In this document: positions 44,100 through 53,288 of the stretch, one piece after another
How the letters are laid out: the number at the start of each line of letters is the position of its first letter
Numbering within the stretch: the first letter of the stretch is position 1
Assembly (NCBI GenBank): GCA_036403155.1
Contig: DASWRM010000010.1
Span: 33,618 to 97,617, forward strand
Origin: Gaiellales bacterium
GTDB taxonomy: Bacteria; Actinomycetota; Thermoleophilia; Gaiellales; JAICJC01
DNA: 64,000 bases
Direction of reading: 5' to 3'
The notes under the pieces: model-generated
Told to the model about the DNA's origin: nothing
What the model saw: the letters and a program-made list of their open reading frames with translations, nothing else
Database searches by the model: none
Program-made: the position numbers and the translations under genes

Positions 44100-45449
44100 A
44101 TGTCAACCGCGCGACGCACGGCGCTGGTCTCGGTTCTGGCGGCGCTGGCCCTGACCCTCACGAAGCTGGTCGTCGGGCTCGCCACGTCAAGCCTCGGCAT
44201 CCTCGCGGAGGCAGCCCACTCCGGCCTCGATGCGGCCGCCGCGCTGCTCTCGCTGTACGCGGTGGGCGTGGCCGAGCGCCCACCCGACGCCCAGCACCAG
44301 TACGGGCACGGCAAGGCGCAGAACCTGGCCGCGCTGACCGAGTCGGTCGTGCTCGCAGGCGTCGCGATCTGGATCGGCGTCGAGGCGGTGCTGCGGCTCC
44401 GCTCCGGCGGGGGCGACGTCCAGGCGCACTGGTACGCGTTCGTCCTGCTCGGTGGCGTGCTGGCCGTGGACGCGGGTCGCTCGATCCTGTCCTACCGCGT
44501 CGGCCGGAGGGAGCGGAACGCGGCGCTGGTGGCGAGCGCGCTGCACTTCGCGTCGGACTTCGCCGGCACGACGGCCGTGATCGTCGGCCTGGTGGCGGTC
44601 GCCGCCGGCTATCCGCGCGGCGACGCCGTCGCGGCGCTGACCGTCGCCGTGCTCGTGCTGGTTGCGGCCCTGCGCCTCGCGGCACGCAACGTCGACACGC
44701 TCATGGACCGCGCGCCGAGCGGCCTGACGAGGATGATCGAGCAGGCCGCACGGGCGGTGCCGGGCGTGACCGATGTGCGGTCGGTGCGCGTCCGCGAGGC
44801 CGCCGGCGAGAGCTTCGCGGACGTGGTCATCGGCGTGTCCCGGCTGGCGGGGCTCGAGCGCAGCCACCAGACGATGGACGACGTGGAGGAGGCCGTCCGC
44901 TCGCGGATCGGCCCCGCACAGGTCACGGTGCACGTCGAGCCCAGCGCGGGCGGCGAGGCGCCGAACGAGCGCGTCGCCGCGGCCGCCCTCCGCGTCCCGG
45001 GTGTTGTCGAAACGCACAACATCACCGTCCTCGAGGGCTCGGACGGCCGGGCGATCACGCTGCACGTCCGGCTCGACCAGGACATGCCGATGCGCGAGGC
45101 CGCGGACATCGTCGAGCGGCTCAAGGACGAGATCCGCACGGAGTTCGGCGTTGCGCGCGTGTACGCACACGTGGAGCCGTCCGCGCTCGGTGCGCACCCG
45201 GCGCGCGACGTGGCGGTGGAGGAGCCGGACGTCGTCGCGGCGGCGACGCGCGCCGTGCGGTCGCTTGCGGGGGACGCCGCCGAGGTGGTCGTCTACAGGC
45301 AGGGGGAGCGGCTGCTCGTCGTCACGTCGCTGCCGGCGCGGGCCGGCCAGACCGTGCGCGAGGCGCACAATCTCGCCAGCCGGGTCGAGGACGCCGTGCG
45401 CGACGCCCTCGACCCGGTCGACGATGTGATCGTCGAAGTCCTGAGGTAG
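44100..45449 (+). CDS. Cation diffusion facilitator (CDF) transporter with three tandem C-terminal cytoplasmic domains
   Basis: Start at ATG 44100 (MSTARRTALVSVL). HxxxD pairs lie in TM2 (HSGLD) and TM5 (HFASD). Three successive alpha-beta-beta-alpha-beta repeats follow; the first two end in ..VHVEP and ..AHVEP and the third in ..VIVEV. Confidence 0.85.
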   Translation: MSTARRTALVSVLAALALTLTKLVVGLATSSLGILAEAAHSGLDAAAALLSLYAVGVAERPPDAQHQYGHGKAQNLAALTESVVLAGVAIWIGVEAVLRLRSGGGDVQAHWYAFVLLGGVLAVDAGRSILSYRVGRRERNAALVASALHFASDFAGTTAVIVGLVAVAAGYPRGDAVAALTVAVLVLVAALRLAARNVDTLMDRAPSGLTRMIEQAARAVPGVTDVRSVRVREAAGESFADVVIGVSRLAGLERSHQTMDDVEEAVRSRIGPAQVTVHVEPSAGGEAPNERVAAAALRVPGVVETHNITVLEGSDGRAITLHVRLDQDMPMREAADIVERLKDEIRTEFGVARVYAHVEPSALGAHPARDVAVEEPDVVAAATRAVRSLAGDAAEVVVYRQGERLLVVTSLPARAGQTVREAHNLASRVEDAVRDALDPVDDVIVEVLR

Positions 45450-46628
45450 CTACCGCGCGGCCAGGGTGACCGTCACGCTCAGCTGCTTGCCGTCGCGAAG
45501 GATGCCGAGCTGCACCGTGTCGCCGGGCTTCTTCGCGCTGATGGCGCCCGACAGGTCGTCGAACGTGCGGATCTGCTTCCCGTCGACGGTGGTGATGATG
45601 TCACCGCCGAGCGTCAGCGTCTCGCCGTTGATGGTTGCCTGCGTCGAGCCTCCGTGCAGCCCCGCCTTGGCGGCCGGCGAGCCGGACTCCACCTTGCCGA
45701 CCAGGACGCCGTGGTCGACGTTGAGGTTCAGCGCCTTCGCGAGGCTGGGAGTGACCGGGGAGCCGAGGATGCCCAGGTAGGTGTGCTCGGCCTTGCCGTT
45801 GGCGATGATCTGGTCAGCCACGTTCTTCACCGTGTTCACCGGAACCGCGAACCCGATGCCGATGCTGCCGCTCTGAGGGTTGTTCGGATCGTCGGACAGA
45901 ATCTGGCTGGTGATGCCGATCACCTGACCGCGGCCGTTCAGGAGCGGGCCGCCGGAGTTGCCGTGGTTGATCGCCGCGTCGGTCTGGATCGCGCCGCGGA
46001 TCTGCACGTTGCCCTGGAGCGACCCGATGTCGCGGTTGACGGCCGAGACGATGCCGGTGGTCGCGGTGCGGGTCTCGCCGAGCGGATTGCCGATGGCGAC
46101 GACAGGATCGCCCACCCGCACCTCCGAGGAGTTGCCGAGCGGCAGCGGGGTGAGCGCCTGCGCCGGTGCATCGACCTGCAGGACGGCGACGTCCGTGCTG
46201 CGGTCGGCGCCGAGCACCTTCGCCGTGTAGGTCTTGGCCGTGGTCTCGCTGCCGAAGGCGACCTGCACCTTGCTCGCGTTCAGCACGACGTGCGCGTTGG
46301 TGAGGATGTGGCCGCTCCGGTCGATCACGAACCCGGATCCGAGCGCCTGAGCCTGCTGCTTCTGAGGGGCGCCGAACGGGTTGAGCGGGTCGGAGGTGGT
46401 CGTCGTGGTGGTGGCCGTCACGACCACGACGCCGGGCGCGTCCTTGCGGTAGATCTGGTTGACCGAGAGTCCCTGGCGCGGCGATGCCGAGACGGCGCTG
46501 GCCGCCGGGGAGGTGGTGCGGATGATGGTGCGTGACGCGGGATGGGTCGAGTCAACCGCGAATGCCGAGGCGCCGCCGGCGACGACCGCCGTCACGACGA
46601 TGGCTATGGCTTTGGGGTACGTGTTCAT
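45450..46628 (-). CDS. htrA: HtrA/DegP-family serine protease (trypsin-like plus PDZ)
   Basis: Catalytic motifs are present (TNAHVV, GNSGGPLL) with a C-terminal PDZ domain and an N-terminal TM anchor. Confidence 0.9.
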   Translation of the reverse strand: MNTYPKAIAIVVTAVVAGGASAFAVDSTHPASRTIIRTTSPAASAVSASPRQGLSVNQIYRKDAPGVVVVTATTTTTTSDPLNPFGAPQKQQAQALGSGFVIDRSGHILTNAHVVLNASKVQVAFGSETTAKTYTAKVLGADRSTDVAVLQVDAPAQALTPLPLGNSSEVRVGDPVVAIGNPLGETRTATTGIVSAVNRDIGSLQGNVQIRGAIQTDAAINHGNSGGPLLNGRGQVIGITSQILSDDPNNPQSGSIGIGFAVPVNTVKNVADQIIANGKAEHTYLGILGSPVTPSLAKALNLNVDHGVLVGKVESGSPAAKAGLHGGSTQATINGETLTLGGDIITTVDGKQIRTFDDLSGAISAKKPGDTVQLGILRDGKQLSVTVTLAAR

Positions 46629-46662
46629 GCCCTACTTCTACGCGCGGCGAATTGGCGCGCGA

Positions 46663-47085
46663 TTACAGGCTTGGAGGCGGATTGGACCGCGCCCGCCTGG
46701 CCTCCGCGCGCGCGACGGCGATCGACGCGACCGCGACGACGACCAGCGCCCCGACGTGCGACGCCGTGAGGCCGAAGCGGTAGAGCGGGTTCGACCCGTC
46801 GCGCCACAGGCGCGCCATGTCTGCCAGCACTGCGACGGTGCCGATGACGGCGACGGTGTCGGCCAGCGGGGCACCGGCGCCCGACTCCAGATGCATCGCG
46901 ACACGGCTGGCGATGAGGAGCGCGCACAGCAGCACCGCAAGCGCGACGCCGTGGCTGAAGGCCAGATCGCGGCGCGCGGCGAAGCCGTCTTCGCGGTTCC
47001 ACTCGACGGCCAGATGGCCGAGCACGACGGCTGCCGCGGGGACTGCCGCGGCGGCGGTGGAGGTTCGCAGGCTGGCTGCCGTCAC
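46663..47085 (-). CDS. Small membrane protein (about 140 aa), unknown function
   Basis: This is the C-terminal part of track ORF 46663..47691. The start is GTG 47085, with TACGAT 7 nt upstream. It has about 4 hydrophobic helices. Confidence 0.5.
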   Translation of the reverse strand: MTAASLRTSTAAAAVPAAAVVLGHLAVEWNREDGFAARRDLAFSHGVALAVLLCALLIASRVAMHLESGAGAPLADTVAVIGTVAVLADMARLWRDGSNPLYRFGLTASHVGALVVVAVASIAVARAEARRARSNPPPSL

Positions 47086-47091
47086 GCGGAT

Positions 47092-47098
47092 TATCGTA
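47092..47098. promoter_or_regulatory. Overlapping back-to-back -10 boxes (TATCGT on plus, TACGAT on minus) in a 19-bp divergent intergenic region
   Basis: Each box lies exactly 7 nt from a GTG start (47105 on plus, 47085 on minus). Confidence 0.4.
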
Positions 47099-47104
47099 GC
47101 CAGC

Positions 47105-48064
47105 GTGCGCGTCCGCCTGATCGCAAACCCCCACGCCTCCGGCGTGACCGCCGAGCTCGTGCAGGGGGTCGCCGGTAGGCTGGCGACCGTCGCGGAGGTC
47201 GACCTCCGCCGGACGGAGCGCGCCGGACATGCGACGGAGCTCGCCGCCGAGCCGGGCGCCGATGCCGTCATCGGGATGGGCGGCGACGGGACCGCCAACG
47301 AGGTCGTGAACGGCGTCCCGCACGGGGCGCTGGTGGGCGTCGTGCCCGCGGGCGCGACGTCGGTGCTGGGCAGGCAGCTGGGCCTGCCGCACCGGCCGCT
47401 GGCCGCCGCCGCCGCGCTCGCCGCAGCCATCGCCGAGGGGCGGGCGCTGCCGATGGGCCTCGGCGAGGTCGACGGCCGGCTGTTCACCTTCTCCGCCGGT
47501 CTCGGCCTCGAGGCGGAGGCGATGCGCCTGGTCGAGGAGCGCCGCCGGCGGAGGCCCGACGGGCGCCGCCCGGGCGATCTGGCGGTGGTCGCGACAGCGA
47601 TCTCCGTGCTCCGTGCCGATGGCTTCTCGCTGCCCGAGCGGATGACCGTCCGCGTGGACGGCGCCGAGGCGCGTGCGGGATACGTCGCCATCGCGAATGG
47701 GCACCCCTACACGTATCTCGGCCGCATCCCCGTGCGCACGGCTCCCCGGGCGGGCTTCGACACGGCGCTCGACGCCGTCGCGGTCGGGCAGCTGCGGCCG
47801 CGCGACCTCTGGCGATTCGCGGTCTACGGGCTGGTCTGGCCGCGCCACGCGAGCGGGCGCGACGCGCGCGTCCGCTACCTGCACGACGTCGCCGCCCTCG
47901 AGGTCGTGTGTGACGAGCCGGTCGCGCTGCAGGTGGACGGCGAGTACCTCGGCCGCGTGGAGCGCGTTACGGTCGGCTACCGGCCGGCCGCGGTACGCAT
48001 GCTCATGCCTCCGTTCGCGGCGGCATCCTTCCCGGCCCGGGAACCGGCAGCGGAAGGTAGGTGA
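47105..48064 (+). CDS. Diacylglycerol/lipid kinase catalytic-domain protein (DAGK_cat, YegS-like)
   Basis: Start at GTG 47105 (VRVRLIANPHASG). The GGDGT motif is present (GMGGDGTANEVVNG). Confidence 0.8.
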   Translation: MRVRLIANPHASGVTAELVQGVAGRLATVAEVDLRRTERAGHATELAAEPGADAVIGMGGDGTANEVVNGVPHGALVGVVPAGATSVLGRQLGLPHRPLAAAAALAAAIAEGRALPMGLGEVDGRLFTFSAGLGLEAEAMRLVEERRRRRPDGRRPGDLAVVATAISVLRADGFSLPERMTVRVDGAEARAGYVAIANGHPYTYLGRIPVRTAPRAGFDTALDAVAVGQLRPRDLWRFAVYGLVWPRHASGRDARVRYLHDVAALEVVCDEPVALQVDGEYLGRVERVTVGYRPAAVRMLMPPFAAASFPAREPAAEGR

Positions 48065-48848
48065 CGCTCGGCCGCCCGCGGGTCGGCTGTGGGAAGAGCG
48101 CCATCAGCTCGTAGACGATCTCGGGAAGCGCGGTCGAGACGGGCAGGCCGAGCTCGTTCGCCCGCTCGACGGTGATCGGGAAGTCGTGGGTGAAGTAGCC
48201 GCCGGCGAGAAGGTCGGCGAGCCGCTGCGCCGCCTCCGGCTCCATCCGGTCGTCGAGCAGGTCGGTCACCAGCGAGAGCACCTGCCGCCGCGCCTTGGCG
48301 GCGATGTCGGCCATCACCAGGAACCGGTCGTCCACCTGTGCCGGCTCCTTCGTCTGCACGACGCGAAGGATCGATGCCGCCGGCATGTCCCCCAGCTGCG
48401 GGTCGACGGGCCCGAGCACCGCATGCGGATCCATCACGATCTCGTCCGCCGCGAGGGCAACCAGCGTCCCGCCGCTCATCGCATAGTGCGGGACGAGGAC
48501 GGTCACCTTCGCGGGATGGGCGCGCACGGCGTGCGCGATCTGCTCGGCCGCGAGCACCAGGCCGCCCGGCGTGTGCAGGACGAGATCGATCGGCGTGTCG
48601 TCGGGCGTCAGCCGGATCGCCCGCAGCACCTGCTCCGAATCGTCGATGTCGATGAAGCGCACGAGCGGCACGCCGAGCAGGCCGATCTGCTCCTGGCGGT
48701 GGATCATCGTGATCACCTGCGTTCCTCGTTCGCGCTGCAGGCCGGCCAGCCGTCGCGCGCGTGCGCCGAGCAGCGCGCGCTGCCGCAGGAGCGGCGCGAT
48801 CACCGTCAGGAACACCAGGATCACGAGCACGAGGAGCGCCAGGCCCAT
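48003..48848 (-). CDS. SDH-family (ClpP-fold) membrane-anchored serine protease
   Basis: N-terminal TM helix, with LHTPGGLVLAAEQIA and HYAMSGGTLVALAADE, typical of the SppA/SDH ClpP-fold family. Confidence 0.7.
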   Translation of the reverse strand: MGLALLVLVILVFLTVIAPLLRQRALLGARARRLAGLQRERGTQVITMIHRQEQIGLLGVPLVRFIDIDDSEQVLRAIRLTPDDTPIDLVLHTPGGLVLAAEQIAHAVRAHPAKVTVLVPHYAMSGGTLVALAADEIVMDPHAVLGPVDPQLGDMPAASILRVVQTKEPAQVDDRFLVMADIAAKARRQVLSLVTDLLDDRMEPEAAQRLADLLAGGYFTHDFPITVERANELGLPVSTALPEIVYELMALFPQPTRGRPSVTYLPLPVPGPGRMPPRTEA

Positions 48849-48907
48849 GCCTCAACCGTAGTCGATCGGCGGCGGCGCGGATCACGCGCTGCGTATGATC
48901 CCCGCCG

Positions 48908-49453
48908 ATGGATCTCGTCTACGCGGTCAGCCAGGGGCTCGGGCTCGCGGTCGCGGCCGGCTTCTTCGCCTCCGTACCGCTCGCCGTCGGCGCGTCGGTG
49001 GCCGCGCTCGGGTTCGCCGACGGCTCGATCGGCCTCGCGGACGACGGCCAGACCGTCGTCGCGCTCTGGGTGCTGGCGGCGGTCGAGTTCGTCGCCGATG
49101 CCGTGTGGCCGGGGGCCGAGGCCGGCGCGCGGCTGCTGCGGCGCATCGTCGGCGGCGGTCTGGCGTTCGAGCTGGTCGCCGGGGACGAGGTGCCCTACGT
49201 GGGGCTGGCGATCGGAGCGGCGGTCGCCGCGGGTGTCGCGCTGTCGCTGCGGCAGATGCGGACGCGCGCGATCCGAGGCGGCGGGGACGTCCGCGGCACG
49301 GCGATCATCGAGGATGGCGCGGGGGTGGTCATGGCCGCGGTCGGCGCCGTGCCGCTGGTCGGCTTCGTGCTCGCGGCGGCCGCTGCGGCGCTCTTCGGCC
49401 GCACCCGCCGGCGCGAGCAGGAGAAGTACAAGGGGCTGCGCGTCCTGCGCTGA
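48908..49453 (+). CDS. DUF4126-like membrane protein
   Basis: Gly/Ala-rich polytopic pattern. The family assignment is from memory only. Confidence 0.5.
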   Translation: MDLVYAVSQGLGLAVAAGFFASVPLAVGASVAALGFADGSIGLADDGQTVVALWVLAAVEFVADAVWPGAEAGARLLRRIVGGGLAFELVAGDEVPYVGLAIGAAVAAGVALSLRQMRTRAIRGGGDVRGTAIIEDGAGVVMAAVGAVPLVGFVLAAAAAALFGRTRRREQEKYKGLRVLR

Positions 49454-49491
49454 CCCGGCCGGCCGCGAGCCGACCTCCTAGAATCCCGCGG

Positions 49492-50925
49492 ATGCCCAAG
49501 AAGCTGATCCTGGCCGTGATCGACGGGCTCGGCCCGGCGGTGCTCGACCGGGCCATCGCGGCGGGACGGGCGCCGACCCTGGCGCGCCTGCAGGAGCTGG
49601 GCGGCCGCACCGACGCGTGCGTCTCGACGTTTCCCTCGCTGACACCGGTCTGCCTGTCCGCGCTCATCACCGGTCAGCACCCGGTTGGCACGCGGATCCC
49701 GAGCATGACCTGGTACCACCGCGGCGAGGGCCGCTTCGTCGAGTACGGATCGTCGTTCCCGGCGACGCTGGCCGAGGGCACGAAGCAGATGGTCGACGAC
49801 GTCATGGTGAACCTGAACCTCCTGCACCTGTCGCCGCGCGTGACGACGGTGTTCGAGGCGCTCGAGGACAGGGGGCTCGTCACCGCGGCCGTCAACACGT
49901 ACATCTGCCGTGGCCGCGTGCGCCATCCCATCGCTCGCGAGGCGGCCAGGCGGGTCGCCCGCCGGGTCGGGATCGTGGACGCGGTGTACGGCCCGCGCCG
50001 GTACTTCTTCGGCGAGCTGTTCTGGTCGGACGAGACCGGCGCGCCGCGCAACTTCGGCGGGTCGGTCGACCGCCACGGCGGCCACGTCGCCCGCTGGCTG
50101 GTAACGCGCGACGGATTCGATTTCCTCTTCCTCTACCTCTACGAGACCGACGCGGCCGGCCACCGCGGCGGCGACGTCCTGGCTGCCGTCGAGCAGGCCG
50201 ACCACAGCCTCGCGCTGATGGTCGAGGCGGCGGGCGGCTGGAGCGACTTCCTCGAGCGCTACGCGATCGCGGTCGTGGCCGACCACGGGCAGAGCGCGGT
50301 CACGCGCGGGGTCGACGCCAGCGAGCCGTTCGACGACCTGCGCCTGTTCCGGTCGAGCCGGCACTCGAACCCCGAGGAGTGCGACCTGGCCCTCGCAGCG
50401 AGCAATCGGGTAGCCATGGCGTACCTTCTGCCCGGCGGCCGGCTGACCGCGAGCGAGGTCGCTCACCGGTTCGCCCGGCACCCCTCCGCCGACGTGGTGA
50501 TCTGGCGCGAGGGCGCGTGGTACGCCGTTCGCCGCGACGGCGGCGAGCTCCGCTTCCGTCCGGGGGCCGAGCACCGGGACGAGCGCGGCAACGGATGGGA
50601 CCTGGCGGGCGAACGCGACCTGCTCGACCCGGCGCTGTACCCGAACGCGCTCGAGCGGATCGCCGGCGCGGCAGCCTGCGAGACGGCCGGCGACGTGATC
50701 GTCTCGGCGTGCCTGGGCGACGAGTTCGCAGATGCCGGCGGCCAGCACCACGCCGGCGGCGGCAGCCATGGGTCGCTGCACGCTGACGACTCGCTCGTAC
50801 CGCTGATCACCGCCGGCTTCGAGCCGGCGCCGGAGCTCGGGGAGGTGCCGTCGATCACCGATCTCACCCCGCTGGCGCTCCGGCGGCTCACGGCGGTTGG
50901 CGAGCCCGCGCGCGCGGGTACGTGA
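49492..50925 (+). CDS. Alkaline-phosphatase-superfamily enzyme (type I phosphodiesterase / nucleotide pyrophosphatase-like)
   Basis: Start at ATG 49492 (MPKKLILAVIDGLG). Nucleophile region TFPSLTPVCLSALITGQHP and late metal site VVADHGQS. The Arg/Gly-rich 199-aa extension in the track is an artefact. Confidence 0.75.
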   Translation: MPKKLILAVIDGLGPAVLDRAIAAGRAPTLARLQELGGRTDACVSTFPSLTPVCLSALITGQHPVGTRIPSMTWYHRGEGRFVEYGSSFPATLAEGTKQMVDDVMVNLNLLHLSPRVTTVFEALEDRGLVTAAVNTYICRGRVRHPIAREAARRVARRVGIVDAVYGPRRYFFGELFWSDETGAPRNFGGSVDRHGGHVARWLVTRDGFDFLFLYLYETDAAGHRGGDVLAAVEQADHSLALMVEAAGGWSDFLERYAIAVVADHGQSAVTRGVDASEPFDDLRLFRSSRHSNPEECDLALAASNRVAMAYLLPGGRLTASEVAHRFARHPSADVVIWREGAWYAVRRDGGELRFRPGAEHRDERGNGWDLAGERDLLDPALYPNALERIAGAAACETAGDVIVSACLGDEFADAGGQHHAGGGSHGSLHADDSLVPLITAGFEPAPELGEVPSITDLTPLALRRLTAVGEPARAGT

Positions 50926-50962
50926 TACGCGCTGGGCGGGCACCCGGAGGGATTGATCTAGT

Positions 50963-51421
50963 GTGTCGCCGATGAAGGATGCAGGGACGGACGCGGCCGG
51001 CGTAGGCTTCCGGGGGCACGCCGAGCGCGTGAACCTCGGACTTCGCAGCCACCACAACTGGCTCGAGCTGATGCGGTTCTGCGTCGTCGGAGGATCCGGC
51101 TACGTCATCAACGTCGGCCTGTTCACCCTGGCCTACCGCGACCTGCCGTATCCGATTGCCTTCGTGATCGCCTTCGGCGTGGCTGCCACGAGCAACTTCG
51201 TCTGGAACCGGGTGTGGACGTTCCGGATCGAGCACGGGGTGCCACACATGCAGTACGCGCGCTTCCTCGCGGTCAGCCTGCTGGCGCTCGCCATCGACCT
51301 GGTGGCGCTGGCGCTGCTGGTGGAAGAGGCGGGCGTCCACAAGCCGGTCGCCGCAGCCATCGCCATCGTGGTCGCCACCCCCATCAGCTTCCTTGGCAAC
51401 AAGCTCTGGAGCTTTCGCTAG
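50963..51421 (+). CDS. GtrA-family membrane protein
   Basis: Four TM helices, with RFCVVGGSGYVINVG ... NFVWNRVWTF ... SFLGNKLWSF. Confidence 0.8.
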   Translation: MSPMKDAGTDAAGVGFRGHAERVNLGLRSHHNWLELMRFCVVGGSGYVINVGLFTLAYRDLPYPIAFVIAFGVAATSNFVWNRVWTFRIEHGVPHMQYARFLAVSLLALAIDLVALALLVEEAGVHKPVAAAIAIVVATPISFLGNKLWSFR

Positions 51422-53288
51422 AGCGCTCATCGCCGCCCTGCTGGCGCTGATGGTGGCGCCGGCGGGCGCGCACGCCGCCGGCCGGCAACTCGACCGCCGC
51501 GAGGTGGTCGCCATCGCCAGGGCCCAGCCGGACGTCGCGGCCCTCCTGCGCCGTAACGCCGGCGCTCACTGGGAGGTCGTCTACGACAGGCGGACGGCCA
51601 CCTGGACGGCGGCCCTGGAACGGGCAGGCCGTCACACGGTGCTTGCGACGGTCAAGGTGAGCGACAGGACGTCGAACGTGCTCTCGACGATCCGCGCGCC
51701 GACCACGTCCGGGCCGCGGCTGACCGCCGACGAGGCGATCCGGATCGCGAACCGCTCGCGGGCACTGCGAGCCTGGGTGCACCAGTACCGGGGCGTCACG
51801 ACGGAGGCCACGCTCGGGAGCGACCGGGTGTGGACCGTCCGCTACGACGACGCACACGGCGACGACGTCGCCGAGGGGCGGGTGGACGACGGCGCCATGG
51901 CGCTCGCCGGCACGCGCACCGGCCCGCAGGTGGGCTGGCAGCTGGCCCGCGGAGAGCCCAACTCCTACGGGCGGCTGGTCAACCGCTGGTGGCTGTTCCT
52001 GCCGCTCTGCGTGCTCTTCGTCGCCGGGCTGACCGACTGGCGCCGGCCATCCGCCATGCGGACGCTCGACCTGCTCGCGCTCCTGTCGTTCGGCATCTCG
52101 CTGCACTGGTTCAACCAGGGCGACCTGTTCGTGTCCACGCCGCTGATCTATCCGCCGATGGTGTACCTGCTCGTGCGGATGATCTGGATCGGCTGGACGC
52201 GGCCGCCGCGCCGCTTCGACATCGGGTCGACGCACGCCCTGATCCTGGTCGCGCTCACCTTTGCGCTGATCGGGTTCCGGTTGGGGCTGAACAACCAGGA
52301 CTCGAACATCCTCGACGTCGGCTACGCCGGCGTGGTCGGTGCCGACCGGCTGATGAACGGTACAGTTCCCTACGGGCACATGCCGGTGAAGACCGCTCGC
52401 CCCTGCCACGGCCGCTACAGCAACGGCGATCCGGTCGCCTACGTCCAGGTGACGAACGGCAGGTGCGAATCGGCCATCGAGAGCGGCGACACGTACGGCC
52501 CCGCCGTCTACGCGGCGTACGTGCCGTTCGTCGAGACGCTCGGCTGGTCGGGCCTGTGGGACGACCTGCCTGCGGTGCACGTGGCGGCCTCGGCGTTCGA
52601 CCTGCTCGCCATTGCCGGCCTGTTCGTCGCCGGTTGGCGCTACGGGTCCGCGCGGTTCGGCATCCTGCTCGCGTTCGGGTGGGCGGCCAATCCGTTCACG
52701 CTGTACTCGCTCAACATGAACACGAACGACGCGCTGGTCGGCGCGCTGCTTGCGTGGTTCATGGCCGCGCTCTCGTGGCCGGCGGCGCGCGGGCTCCTGC
52801 TCGCGGCGGCGGGGCTGACCAAGCTGGGCCCCTTCGCACTCGTGCCGATGCTCGCCTCGCTGCGCGGACGGCGCTGGACCTTCGTCGGGTTCGCGGCCGG
52901 CCTTGCCCTCCTGCTCTCGCTGGTGCTCCTCGACGGGACGGGCGGGCTGCGGCTGTTCTACGACCGCACCTTCCACTTCCAGCTGAACCGCGTGACGCCG
53001 CTCTCGGTCTGGACGATCGGCAGCTTCCACCCCGGGTGGCCGCACCTGCACTGGCTGCAGCAGGCTCTGCAGGTGGCCGTGATCCTCGGCTGCACGCTGC
53101 TGGCCGTGCTCCCCCGGCGACGCAAGGATGCGGCCGGCGTGGCGGCTCTCGGCGGAGCGGCGCTGATCGCCACGCAGATCGCATCGAGCTACTGGTTCTA
53201 CCCCTACATCTGCTGGTGGCTGCCGATGGCGCTGCTCGCCATCCTCCTGCCGCGCGAGCCGGAGCAGCGCACCCTCATGGCGCGCTGA
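51393..53288 (+). CDS. Polytopic GT-C-type glycosyltransferase (DUF2029/GT87-like) with an N-terminal extracytoplasmic tandem PepSY-like region
   Basis: Signal-like N-terminus (TTG start). Two modules of about 70 aa end in ...V.V.D.T..VL-type strands. Ten or more TM helices follow. Confidence 0.55.
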   Translation: MATSSGAFARALIAALLALMVAPAGAHAAGRQLDRREVVAIARAQPDVAALLRRNAGAHWEVVYDRRTATWTAALERAGRHTVLATVKVSDRTSNVLSTIRAPTTSGPRLTADEAIRIANRSRALRAWVHQYRGVTTEATLGSDRVWTVRYDDAHGDDVAEGRVDDGAMALAGTRTGPQVGWQLARGEPNSYGRLVNRWWLFLPLCVLFVAGLTDWRRPSAMRTLDLLALLSFGISLHWFNQGDLFVSTPLIYPPMVYLLVRMIWIGWTRPPRRFDIGSTHALILVALTFALIGFRLGLNNQDSNILDVGYAGVVGADRLMNGTVPYGHMPVKTARPCHGRYSNGDPVAYVQVTNGRCESAIESGDTYGPAVYAAYVPFVETLGWSGLWDDLPAVHVAASAFDLLAIAGLFVAGWRYGSARFGILLAFGWAANPFTLYSLNMNTNDALVGALLAWFMAALSWPAARGLLLAAAGLTKLGPFALVPMLASLRGRRWTFVGFAAGLALLLSLVLLDGTGGLRLFYDRTFHFQLNRVTPLSVWTIGSFHPGWPHLHWLQQALQVAVILGCTLLAVLPRRRKDAAGVAALGGAALIATQIASSYWFYPYICWWLPMALLAILLPREPEQRTLMAR

